Shown: positions 10,372 to 21,064 of the stretch, one piece after another
Numbering within the stretch: position 1 is the stretch's first letter
How the letters are laid out: each line of letters opens with the position of its first letter
Assembly: GCF_006345805.1 (NCBI RefSeq)
Contig: NW_021832686.1
Coordinates: 1 to 26,022, forward strand
Direction: 5' to 3'
DNA: 26,022 nt
Origin: Octopus sinensis
Taxonomy: Eukaryota
Position numbers and translations under genes: made by a program
Notes under the pieces: generated by a model
The model's input: only the letters and a program-made list of their open reading frames with translations
What the model was told of the DNA's origin: nothing
Databases searched by the model: none

Positions 10372-10574
10372 CCTTTCTATTATAAGCACAAGGCTTGAAA
10401 TTTGGGGGAGGGGTATAGTCGACTACAGTCGACCCAGTACTTAACTGGTAATTAATTTATCGACCACAAAAGGGAAATCCGATCTCGGCGGAATTTGAAC
10501 TCAGAACGTAGCGACGGGCGAAATACTGCTAAGCATTCCGTCCAGCGTGCTACCGATTTTGCCAGCTTGTCGCC
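10372..10574 (-). mobile_element. tRNA-derived SINE with an approximately 18-bp TSD
   Basis: Reverse complement of the same family. Flanks are TACTTTCTAATAGATAAT (10354-10371) and TACTTTCTGCTAGATAAT (10578-10595). Confidence 0.88.
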
Positions 10575-10605
10575 TTCTACTTTCTGCTAGATAATAATAA
10601 ATGCT

Positions 10606-11839
10606 TTCTACTTCTATAAATATATTGTGCACTACTGTCAACATTCACATCGTTCAAGATAACTCCGTAATAATGAAGTGCCTTCCCAATATTTTGTTGT
10701 TTTTTTATTAATGTCTAAGGCCCTTGTTTATTTGATTGCGTTTCACTTCCTGTAGCTCAGAAAATACTAAAGCAAGATAGTACATGTTTTGGCAATGAGT
10801 ACATAGCAAATAATATACAAGTTTCCTTGTAGACACTTTCTCCATGTGCGTCTGTTTTCCCGCTGTTGTTTGATTTTGTGTGTTTTCCCTTTTAAAAATC
10901 TAGGAGAATGTTTAGCTTTGCCCCATATTTTTGAAGAAAAGTCTTCCGATGAAGTAAGTGCATATTACAAAATGCTACAAGTAAATTTACTTACTTGTAG
11001 CATAATAATGCATTGCATTATTTATTATGTTAAAACGAAATATTACAATCAAATAATTGATGTTAATACTTGATGATTTATTTCTAAACACTGCATATTG
11101 TGTGAATTACAAATGATTATATCTGTACATGAACTGTCTCCGGTAACTGTTTGCGGCAATATACAAATAATTTATATATATAATGACTATTTACGCTCAT
11201 CAGAATCTCTGATAATCAAAACACACGAGTCCGAAGTAGGTTTTGATAAATAAGAATAATGAAAAAAAAAGACTATTTAGTAAGATCTTAGTGCATGAGT
11301 TTCCTATTTGGAACCCTTCACTTAATCGTTTTCGAAATCCGCTAAAACCAAGTAAGATTTTACATATCCTCTTCTCCTCTTATTGCTCACCTTATAATTT
11401 TACTGAGATATGTTAATTGCTGAGTGAACAACGCTACAGTGACATAGATTGATCTTATGTCTATTTACTGTCAACAGGTATTTAACCAAGTAAAATTATA
11501 GCTGTTGATATAAACAGCGTTCTATTTGTCATACACTTAAATATCTAATGTCACGGATGAATACACATTTGAGCGATCTATGAATTAGCTTGTCTTTATA
11601 AACTAAACTGTGTTCTACTTTCATAAATATATTGTGCACCACAGCCAACATCATATCATTCAATATAGCCTTATAATAATGAAGTGCCTAACCGCCATTT
11701 TTTTTATTGATGTCGAAGGAGTTTCTTTATTTGATTGTGTATCAGTTCCAGTATCTCAGAAAATGCTGGAGCTAGATAGTACATGTTTTGGCTCTGGGTA
11801 CACAGCAAATATTATACCAGTTTACTTGTCGATACTTTT
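10606..11839 (+). repeat. Diverged direct repeat pair of about 230 bp (10606-10840 and 11613-11839)
   Basis: Collinear shared blocks: ATAAATATATTGTGCAC, TAATAATGAAGTGCCT, TTTATTTGATTG, CTCAGAAAAT, AGATAGTACATGTTTTGGC, AGCAAATA. Confidence 0.85.
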
Positions 11840-13091
11840 ACCCTATTTGCTTTAGAATAACCTTCCTTTATCTAATTATTTTCTCTTTTTTCATGAAATA
11901 TATAATCTGTTGAACAAATTGTGACTTGCACAGATGAAAGCAACAACAGATGGTCGAAGGTATGGCTTTGAGATTAAAGGTTTGCATTACTACTGAAACT
12001 TTCGGAGTGAAGCTTCATGGTGCAGCAGTCAGCGAAGGTATTTGCTTTTATAGTCTCAAAGTGACCAATTGAATAGAATTTGGAAGGAGGCAATAGTTGC
12101 AATTTATGCATACATGTGCATGTATATCGTTCATCCTAAACTCAGAGTTGTGTTTAGATCTCTTAATCTCGGGTTGTGTGTTATATATGGTGTGGGTGTG
12201 TCCGGAGATTGCCTCTGGGGTGTGCTCTTAGATAGTTCGGTAGAGATGTCTTACAAGAAGGCCCGCAATTCTTTAATGCTGCCTTGTTTTGATGTGACAT
12301 GAATCCTTTTGCTCTCCAGGTATGTGAAGATGGTCAAAAAGTTTTAGTCTCTGACTTGAAGATATGTCACTTGGAAGAATTTTCTCTGAGGTCTCCCCTT
12401 GGACTGGATGTGCAATTTAGTTTTCCTTACGCTTAGACTAAGTACACATGGACGCTGTTACCCACACATTCTCAAGATGATGTAGCTTCATCAGATGTCA
12501 AAATTTGATACAGATGAGCATCCACGATGTTTTATTCCAGAAAGGCAGACGGAATATGATTATATGATTATAGTAGCAAGTTATGCTGTCACGTGACCTG
12601 AGAAGCAGGATACTGTTGCTTTTACAGCTTCTAATATCATACCTACCAATGACATTTCCAGACTCCTGGTATTGAAGTCACTGGGAACCTTTCTGACTCT
12701 AAATATATTTTTTCCTTTGTATTTCCTGGGTTTGTCCTTGTTGCAGTATGAGCAATGATTATAGGGTGCAATTATTGCTTTCCCGTCCTTCTGTTGGTGT
12801 AGCAAGATTGAGTGACTCAATGGTAAAGGTAGTGTCAACTCTCGACACTTCTAACCACTCTAGCAGAAGATGCATCTCGAGTTGCCTCTCTTACAGCCAC
12901 CTTATATCTAACCAGTTCTCTTGCAAACAATGTAGTTATACCTTTTGATCAGTTTGATTGATGCTGTCGAAAGGGTGTGCACATTCCAAGTACATAAATT
13001 TAGTATAATCCTCTATGATTTCTTTTTAGCGAATATCCATCAACGGCAGTTTACCAGGAAGACTGTGTGAAATACATGGTTTCTACTACAG

Positions 13092-13262
13092 TTCTATATT
13101 TGAGGGATGAGGAATTATATACATTATTTACATTTGACGGATACTTGTCCACGTCTTGTTTATTGTCAACACAACGTTTCGGCTGATATACTGTCCAACC
13201 TTCTTCAGGTGTCTTGGGGAAATTTCGAAACTGGGTTCTCATTTCTAAGGTATTTTTCGATG
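13092..13262 (-). mobile_element. Hammerhead-containing 3' module of a short interspersed element (Penelope pLTR-like)
   Basis: Contains the hammerhead at 13168-13213. Its downstream tail (TATCCGTCAAATGTAAATAATGTA...AATTCCTCATC..AAATATAGAA) recurs at 20563-20677. Confidence 0.75.
13168..13213 (-). ncRNA. Minimal type I hammerhead ribozyme
   Basis: Minus strand: GACAC | CTGAAGA(A) | GGTTG-GACAGTATAT-CAGCC | GAAA | CG | TT | GTGTT. The CUGANGA and GAAA cores are intact, stems I and II are 5 bp each, stem III is the palindrome AACGTT and the cleavage triplet is GUU. Confidence 0.85.
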
Positions 13263-13279
13263 TTATTATAATTATAATA

Positions 13280-13312
<33 letters not shown>

Positions 13313-13824
13313 GAGTGAGAGAGCAATGCATGCCATCAAAGCGACACGGGGGTAAAATTTTATACCCGTCTGTTATTATACCCGTCTGATAAGGGTATAC
13401 CAGACACATGCATCACAACAATATGTGTGCGACATGGTGATCTCATTTCAAGATAAACAGCAAATGACCTTGCAGGTGGGGCCCAGTTAGAATTTACTTC
13501 TGGTCGAGTAACCCATCCCGCTCAAAAGGTCCCTGAATAAGGGTGGTTTAAGCATGTAGAACGAAACACCCATGTTTCCAGAGATTAATTATTCAAACCC
13601 CAAAGAATCCCTCTCAACACATGGCTATGATGTTCCCCCACTACTTCTGCTCGGGTTCAGAGATGCACATATCATCAGCCACCAAGGGACATGCTCAACT
13701 GGTTAAGATCAAACAACTGACAAGCAAATATATGGTATTGAGCAGAATATTTGTTGTAGCCCATCTTTTACACCAAGACAAAACAATGTACATGATAACA
13801 CTTCCAATCGGTTAAGATCAGAAG
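13313..13824 (-). mobile_element. About 510-bp non-coding element embedded in a (TAA)n tract, possibly a UTR or non-autonomous derivative of a microsatellite-targeting LINE
   Basis: Sharp boundaries against (TTA)n at 13263-13312 and 13825-13890. No credible ORF. The strand is inferred only from the A-rich tail direction. Confidence 0.5.
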
Positions 13825-13892
13825 TTATTATTATTATTATTGCTGTTGTTGTTGTTGTTGTTGTTGTTGTTACTATTATTATTATTATTAGA

Positions 13893-13968
13893 ATTCGGGT
13901 CACTGCCTGGAATCCAACTCGGAATCTTGGAGTTAGTAGCCCGCGCTCTTAACCACTAGTCATATACC
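13893..13968 (-). mobile_element. tRNA-like SINE head (pseudo-tRNA, ACT in the anticodon position) followed by (AAT)n
   Basis: Minus strand: GGTATATGACTAGTGGTTAAGAGCGCGGG-CTACTAA-CTCCAAGATTCCGAGTTGGATTCCAGGCAGTGACC. It has a degenerate A box, a 7-nt anticodon-like loop and a B box with one mismatch (GTTGGATTC). Confidence 0.7.
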
Positions 13969-13984
13969 TGTGGGTAACAGGCGT

Positions 13985-14123
13985 TAGTTGTGGCAGTGGT
14001 GGTGGTGGTGGTTGTAATAGGGGATAGTAGAGGTGGTAGTGTTGGTAGTAATAGGGGTTAGTGGTTGTTGTGATGGTGGTGGTAATGGGAGTTAGTAGTG
14101 GTAATAGGTAATAGTGGTGATGA

Positions 14124-14174
<51 letters not shown>

Positions 14175-14325
14175 CAGCAGTAGTAGTAGGTGATGACGAC
14201 GATGGTAATTGTGTAGGTCTTGGTGTCGGTGCCTGTGGTGATATTGTTGTTAGTATGGTATTTTTTTTTGTTGATGTTGGTGGTGGTGTTAGTGTTTGTG
14301 GTGGCCGTGGTGATGTTGTTGGGGG
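13985..14325. repeat. Degenerate trinucleotide tract (GGT/AGT/TGT)n with a pure (TAG)n core near 14124-14188
   Basis: Read directly. It explains the poly-V and poly-T ORFs. Confidence 0.9.
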
Positions 14326-14569
14326 TTTAACATTAAAGTAGCTTTGGATTAACCACATACAATAACGGATATCCGTTCGAAGTGTGAACAAAAAACAAGA
14401 CATAACGTTTATTACAAACTGACGTATGCTCAGGCGTGTGTGTCACACAGGAAGTGACACGGTTCACCCGGCACATATAAAATAACAAATAGCCGCAGTC
14501 AAGAGCGAAACCGTAACAGTCAGTTACACGTCTATATATTAGAGCAAGCAATTTTCTCTTGTTACCTCA

Positions 14570-14588
14570 CATGTGTGTGTATATATAT

Positions 14589-14632
<44 letters not shown>

Positions 14633-14743
14633 CATGTTATATATGTATGTGTGCGTGTATGTATGCATGTGCATGTTTGTACGAATATATATATTTATAT
14701 ATGTGTGTATATATGAGATGTATATTTGTGTGTGCGTGTATAA

Positions 14744-14823
<80 letters not shown>

Positions 14824-15030
14824 ATATATTATATATATCCACACACAAGCACGTATATGAGGACGTGTGTGTGTGTGTGTGGAAATATATATACATATAC
14901 ACGCATGCAAATATATGTATGTGTTTGTGTGTGATACACACACACAAACACATACATATTGTGTGTTTGTGTGTGTGTGTGTTTGTGTGTGAGTGCTTGT
15001 GGGAATGTGTAAGTGCCTTTGTATGTATAT
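14570..15030. repeat. (TA)n/(TG)n compound low-complexity tract
   Basis: Read directly from the sequence. Confidence 0.92.
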
Positions 15031-16870
15031 ATAATTTACTTAGTTAATTTAATGGTCTAATCATTTTCATACATTGGAGATATGGGCGGCTAAATTCGTT
15101 GTTCTCGCTGCTGTTGTCATTGTCGCTTTATTACTTGCAGCTATTGTTAATATCCATGGCAGTTTTCTTCCTTAAACTGAACTAAGGTACACCTCAGAGT
15201 ACCATATAGTTGTCTACTTGACACACCGTCAATCATTCCTTTCCGCCCCAATACCAAATATTTATATCAATTGTTATTTGGCTTTTAATTCCACAAAAAC
15301 GTTATGATTGCATGCGTGTTATTACTTATATCACCTACTCAGTCGTATCCACACACACATACACACACAAGCACCTGTCATGAAACACTAAATTATAACA
15401 CAAATTTCATACATAAAAATATAAATATATACACGCACACACACAATCTGTGTGTAATTGTTCATTGTATATGACGAAAACATCGAAGGGAAGAAGTAGA
15501 AGCGGGTGCAACTGTGAGGTAAATAGAAAGGCAAAGGAGACGTAGAAGGTGGAAGAGTTGTATGTTCAAGTGTATGCGTGTGAAATGTTTTCTCAAGGAA
15601 AAATGGTTGTAAGTAAAATAAGCACAAGAGAAAGAAATGATTCTAGACGGAAATAGGTTTTAAAGAAATACAGCAAAAATGACATTGACGGTATGAAATA
15701 TTCGAGAGAAAAAAAGGTTGAACAAAATATATTTCGAAATCACAAAATACTCTGGGAAACGTCAGCGAGGTTTGATGGAGTGTGAGGAACTAGTAAAAAT
15801 ATTTGCAAGGGAAGCAAATGTAAAAGCAAGAGAAAAGTGGATTGAGTGATATAGATGGGTGTGCAAGTGTATGTGCGTGGAACTTATAAATATGGAACAA
15901 AGTTAAAAACTAAAATATGCAAAGGAGAGAAAAAAATATTAATTCTGTGAAGAGGAGAGAAAGACAAAATAATATATTAATTACAAAGCTGGTGAAAGGT
16001 TTGATGAAATGTCTAAAGATAGTATGGAATAATTCCACATCAAGGAGACTTGATAACAATGAAATCTGGTAAAATGTGCCTTGAAGATATAGCTGTGCTG
16101 AACGGTTAACCACTGGAATATACGATGTAGATGGGTAAGGCAAAAGAACATGATGTTGTACCGTATGTATGTGTGAGTATGTTTATGTGTATAGTTTAAA
16201 TACATGCCACTGACACTCTCAGCTAAATTTTAACGTATGCACTTACTTAGGGCATAAATGTGTTCTACACCATTTTGTATAAGCCTAAGTGCACTATCTA
16301 CTGAAGAGAAGACAGGAGACTTGTATTACAGCCATTATTGAGCAAGAAACACGCAATCACAACCCTTCTCTTATTCCCAAACAATACGCTTGTTCTTTTG
16401 CTTAAAGGCATATTACATTTGGCGAATTCTTAAATTTTGGGATTAACTCCTTTTTAATTCCCATTTGGTAATTATGGCATATCCTCTGGAGGCGAAAACA
16501 ATTTCAATAAATCAAGAATTTATGTTGGATGACATCTGACACACCTGCACATACACAGCGTATGAGTTTGCGTGCGTATGTAAAGGAAAGTAAAATAAAA
16601 CAGCATTGGATAAAATGTTTATTAAAACATCATAAATTATATAATCTTTACTTTTGTTTCACCAGCGTATACTAGGGTATTGTGCGGTATTCGTTATATA
16701 ATGATTCATTAATCACATTATGACGCAACATCTTCAGAGGAAAATATTTTAATCCATTCTTTATTACCAACCTCTGTTGGTAGACAGAGCTAAATGGCAT
16801 ATATGTATATATATATATGTGTGTGTGCGTGCGTGTGTGTGTGTAATCTTATGCACACGCACACACACAC

Positions 16871-16907
<37 letters not shown>

Positions 16908-16912
16908 GTGTG

Positions 16913-17132
16913 TGGCAGAATCGTTAGCATGCCGGGCGAAATTCTTAGCAGTAATTCGTCTGCCGCTACGTTCTGAGTTAAAATTCAGCCGAGGTCGACA
17001 TTGCCTTTTATCCTTTCGGGGTCGATAAATAAAGTACCAGTTATGCATTGGGGTCGATTTAATCGACTTAATCCCTTTGTCTGTCCTTGTTTGTCCCCTC
17101 TATGTTTAGCCCCTCGTGGGCAGTAAAGAAAT
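16913..17132 (+). mobile_element. tRNA-derived SINE (same family as 9692), slightly 5'-truncated, inside a microsatellite
   Basis: TGGCAGAATCGTTAGC...TCCTTTCGGGGTCGATAAATAAAGTACCAG...GTAAAGAAATA. Confidence 0.9.
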
Positions 17133-17184
17133 ATATATATATACATACATACATACATACATACATACATACACACTTTTATTA

Positions 17185-17410
17185 GAGGCGCGTGGTTTCG
17201 TGGTTAGGATGTGGGACTCATGATCACAAGATTGTGGTTTCGATTTCTGGACCGGGTGAGGTATTATGCTCTTGAGCAAAACACTTCATTTCACGATGCT
17301 CCAAGAATTAATAATCCTGCGACGGATCGGCTTCTCGTCCGGGTGGGAAATATATACACCATGGAAATTGAGAAACCGGCACCATGTGTTTATGAGTCGG
17401 GAAGGAACAA
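17185..17410 (+). mobile_element. tRNA-derived SINE, second family, with a CORE-like middle
   Basis: A-box-like GTGGTTTCGTGGTTAG, B-box-like TTTCGATTTC, then CTTGAGCAAAACACTT and CCTGCGACGGATCGGC blocks. Confidence 0.7.
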
Positions 17411-17413
17411 TAC

Positions 17414-17527
17414 AAAGGATGAATGGCAAAGTCCACCTCGGCGGAATTTGAATTCAGAAAGTAGCGACAGATGAAATACCGCTAAGCATTTCACCCGACG
17501 TGCTAACGATTCTGCCAGCTCGCCGCC
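17414..17527 (-). mobile_element. tRNA-derived SINE 5' half (same family as 9692)
   Basis: Reverse complement begins GGCGGCGAGCTGGCAGAATCGTTAGCACG. Confidence 0.88.
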
Positions 17528-17530
17528 TTG

Positions 17531-18009
17531 CGCCCCACACATAATAATGTAAGTGGTTGCAGTCTGAGGAGTTAGGTGGCCAGATTTTAGGGTTGATGTG
17601 GTCGCAGAAATTGTCTAACAGCCATATCTGGGTTCTCCTGCTTTTGTGCCATGGTGCCAGATATAGGGTCTTCTAGCAGCCGCCTTCTTGACCCAGGTTA
17701 GTACTACGTAGCACTACCTCCTCCAGGCACTTCATGTAAGCCTCCGTGTTGTGTCTGAGGCTGTGTGGGAAGATGAATGGAGGCATAACGTCGTCATCAC
17801 TACCGATCACTGCAATCACATTGATGTTGATTGGATGTTTTGATTTTTATCAATAACGGTACATGTCCTCAGATTGCACTGTCTTTAGATTGACACCCAA
17901 ACAATCTGACATGCTCGTCTTGGTGCCTCCGGTGCGAATGCCAAATAGTACAGCAAGTTGTTGCGAAATTAAATATATAAAACGGTGACAATTTACTCAT
18001 CACACCCTG
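17531..18009 (-). mobile_element. Internally deleted Tc1/mariner-superfamily (maT/DD37D-like) transposon: one terminus plus catalytic-domain remnant
   Basis: The minus strand begins TA-CAGGGTGTGATGAGTAAATTGTCACC. Remnant peptides are SDDDVMPPFIFPHSLRHNTEAYMKCLEEVVL and APWHKSRRTQIWLLDNFCDHINPKIWPPNSSDCNHLHYYVWG (WPPNSPDLNPLDYxVW motif). Confidence 0.85.
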
Positions 18010-18017
18010 TATATATA

Positions 18018-18064
<47 letters not shown>

Positions 18065-18065
<1 letters not shown>

Positions 18066-18358
18066 TATATCAAACTAAGGTTAAAGAGCAAACAAATGCA
18101 AGGTCATCCGCATAACATTTCATAATTCGAGCATTTAATCATAGAATATACATTTAAACATCCCGCAAGATGGAACATAATTCATCTGTACAAGCAATAA
18201 GCATATAATAAGGTGCGAGAAAAAAGTTCATCACGGTTTAGAGTTAATACTTTAGCGATTCAGAAAAATACATTTAAAAAAAAACAAAACATTACAACAT
18301 CTAGAAAGTAAAAATATAATATAAAGTAATATATAAAAAAATGTATAGGTATATAAAA

Positions 18359-18393
<35 letters not shown>

Positions 18394-18394
18394 C

Positions 18395-18437
<43 letters not shown>

Positions 18438-18970
18438 AGGCATATAAAAATATATAATATATATCATGTAAATAAAATAAAAGTTCATCGTTTAGAAATC
18501 TTATAAAATCATTCAAGTAAGAGAAGCCTTATAGTTAAAAAAGAGGAAACCATATTTACTTAATCCCTATGGCCATTTAAGGGATGTATTATTATGTTTA
18601 AAGCACTAGGGTGCATCAAGATAATACCTCCTTCGTCAGGGGAAAAAATACAGAAAGACAGACATCATCGCGTACCAGGCTAGCACAATATTGTGTGCTT
18701 TCCTATTGAAGCATTCATGCTCGGATAAGCCCAAAAGAAAGAATTAAAGCATTAAAAGAATTTTCTTTTAAAGCAGTAGAGAAATAAGGCGTAAAAAAAA
18801 ATGGGTGTATTTTTTCTCGAACCTTATTATATGCTTATTGCTTGTACAGATGAATTATATCCCATCTTGCGGGGTGTTTAAATGTATATTCTATGATTAA
18901 ATGCTCGAATTATGAAATGTTATGCGGATGACCTTGCATTTGTTTGTTCTTTAACCTTAGTTTGATATAT
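18065..18970. mobile_element. Foldback/MITE-like element with 161-bp inverted arms (18065-18225 and 18810-18970)
   Basis: The arms differ at 5 positions by my manual comparison. The interior is about 580 bp, AT-rich and non-coding. The outer ends are ATATAT. Confidence 0.8.
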
Positions 18971-19050
18971 TTGTCTCTTTCAATAGAGCACTTCTATAGC
19001 AGTCCTATTAATCTTTTTGTTCCTGACGAGAAACAATCCCTGTATTATTG

Positions 19051-19209
<159 letters not shown>

Positions 19210-20382
19210 TGAACTTAGACTTATACGAACTGGTGTATAACACATTATATATATATATTCACGGTTTGCGTTCAAATGTTATCGTGAACTAGAAGTTGTT
19301 GAAAACACTTGATCGTAATGTACGCAATGAGTTCGATCCCGAAACCGTCTGGTTGTGAAATAAATTTCTGTAGCTCTATAATCATGGACCTATGTGTCAA
19401 TGCGCTTATGAAAGCGCAGCCGTTGCCGTTAGTGTGAATTATATGTAAACAACCAAACATGAAGACTTGAAAGTAGCTCTACATCCCCTCCATTTTTATC
19501 CTTTCTATTAATGTCTTTACTCTTGCACGTCCTACACGGCATCAATGCTCCAAATACAAACAGCACACTAGCACACGTATGCACACACACACACACACCT
19601 TGACGCACGTTCCAATATTTGCACACATGCACACACACGACTTCATAGCACAATCATATGTCTGATGTATTTGAAGCAAAGTAGGATAATGCAAACGAGC
19701 TAATTACATAAACAAAATGAGAAAATAGGTAATAACAGCTATCACTCCAACAGCAACAAGTCCTACAACAAAACCAACAACAACAACAACAACAAAAGTA
19801 ACTAACTATAAACACAATAAAAAAATACAAATAACAAGCAAAACTGCAGCCAACAAAAATCTTATTATTATTATTGTTGTTGTTGCTGTTATTAAGCAGG
19901 TGTATGAAACAATGGATTTGATAGTGAAATTGGTATTTTGACATGTATGATTTATTATGCGATTGAACACATATTGAGAAGTCAGAGATGTAGTGTGTAA
20001 AAGAGAGTGACGGTGGCGGGGAGGCATTGAGATTTGATTGAGCAATCAAGTGAGTGTGTGTTTGTGTGTATGTGGTGGGGCGTTGCAGCTGAGTTGGGTG
20101 TGAAATAAATAAATAAAAATGACACAAGCATCAGTGTTAGTAATTTACCCCCGTGTCCTCTGTTCACTCATCTGCAACACACATACACTAACACATCTAT
20201 ACCTGTTCGTTTAAAACATGGGCGCACACTAAGACACACACATACAGGTGCGCTTCACACACACGCACACACACACATACACACACACACTCACATACAC
20301 AAATACAGACATAGATATTTATATATAAACAGGCACACTGGGATACACCTGTATAAACAGGAAATTAGAGATGTATCTATAT

Positions 20383-20879
20383 CAGTGGTTCTTAATCGGA
20401 GTCCATATGACCCTAGGGGTCCATAAAATATTTTTGGGGTTTACGCAAGCCAAATGGTAAATCGAGAATCCATAGTCATATTTTAAGGATCCATGAGAAA
20501 TGTTTGTCTTAGACATGTTTATTGCAAGAAACAACGAGGCTTCTTTCTCCAACGTTTAACATTTCTATATTTAAGAGATGAGGAATTATGTACATTATTT
20601 ACATTATTTACATTTGACGGATATTAACAACAAACATGATGAGGACAAATATCCGTCAATTGTAAATAATGTATAATCCAACATATTTCCTATCACAGAA
20701 ACGTTCTCTCATAGAGTGATATTGCAAACACACACAAATGAACGTGGGAAAAACAAAATAGGAATTTTGAAAGACGTTTCTATAAAAACAACTTTTAAAC
20801 ATTGAATGGTTATGGGGGTCGACCGAAATAATTTAGTACTCAAATGGGTCCATAAGTAAAAATTGGTTGAGCACTGCTG
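20383..20879. mobile_element. Non-autonomous hAT (Charlie-like) DNA transposon with a perfect 8-bp TSD
   Basis: TIRs are CAGTGGTTCTTAATC and GGTTGAGCACTGCTG. TSD ATCTATAT is at 20375-20382 and 20880-20887. Subterminal GGGTCCA-like motifs are repeated at both ends. Confidence 0.9.
20563..20677. mobile_element. Inverted pair of tail fragments from the hammerhead-bearing element, nested in the hAT MITE
   Basis: 20563-20625 matches the start of 13092-13262 in the same orientation. 20624-20677 is the opposite orientation. The 26-bp stem 20600-20625/20648-20673 has one mismatch. Confidence 0.8.
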
Positions 20880-21064
20880 ATCTATATAAAAACCCTGACG
20901 TACGGTAATACAAGGGATTGAAACAAAGAGAGTGTGAGGGGGAGAAGGAGAGAAAAAGATAAGATGAGAGGTATTATGAAGAAATCATTTAAAATGTTAA
21001 ATATATTTTATATGATTTAACTGGCAGAGGTATAACAGTATGCATTCTGTTAGTTTATTGCTCT

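Noticed and set aside
12060-13090. Complex segment that might be a decayed element or exon
   Set aside because: No recognisable protein motif in the short ORFs and no termini or repeats supporting a call.
13893-13968. Functional tRNA-Ser(ACT) gene
   Set aside because: Poor acceptor stem, mutated B box, no long variable arm and an (AAT)n tail. It fits a SINE head better.
18633-19034. Isolated CTGACGA cores at 18633-18639 (minus) and 19023-19029 (plus, directly followed by GAAAC)
   Set aside because: No stem II/GAAA partner for the first and no stem II or stem I for the second.
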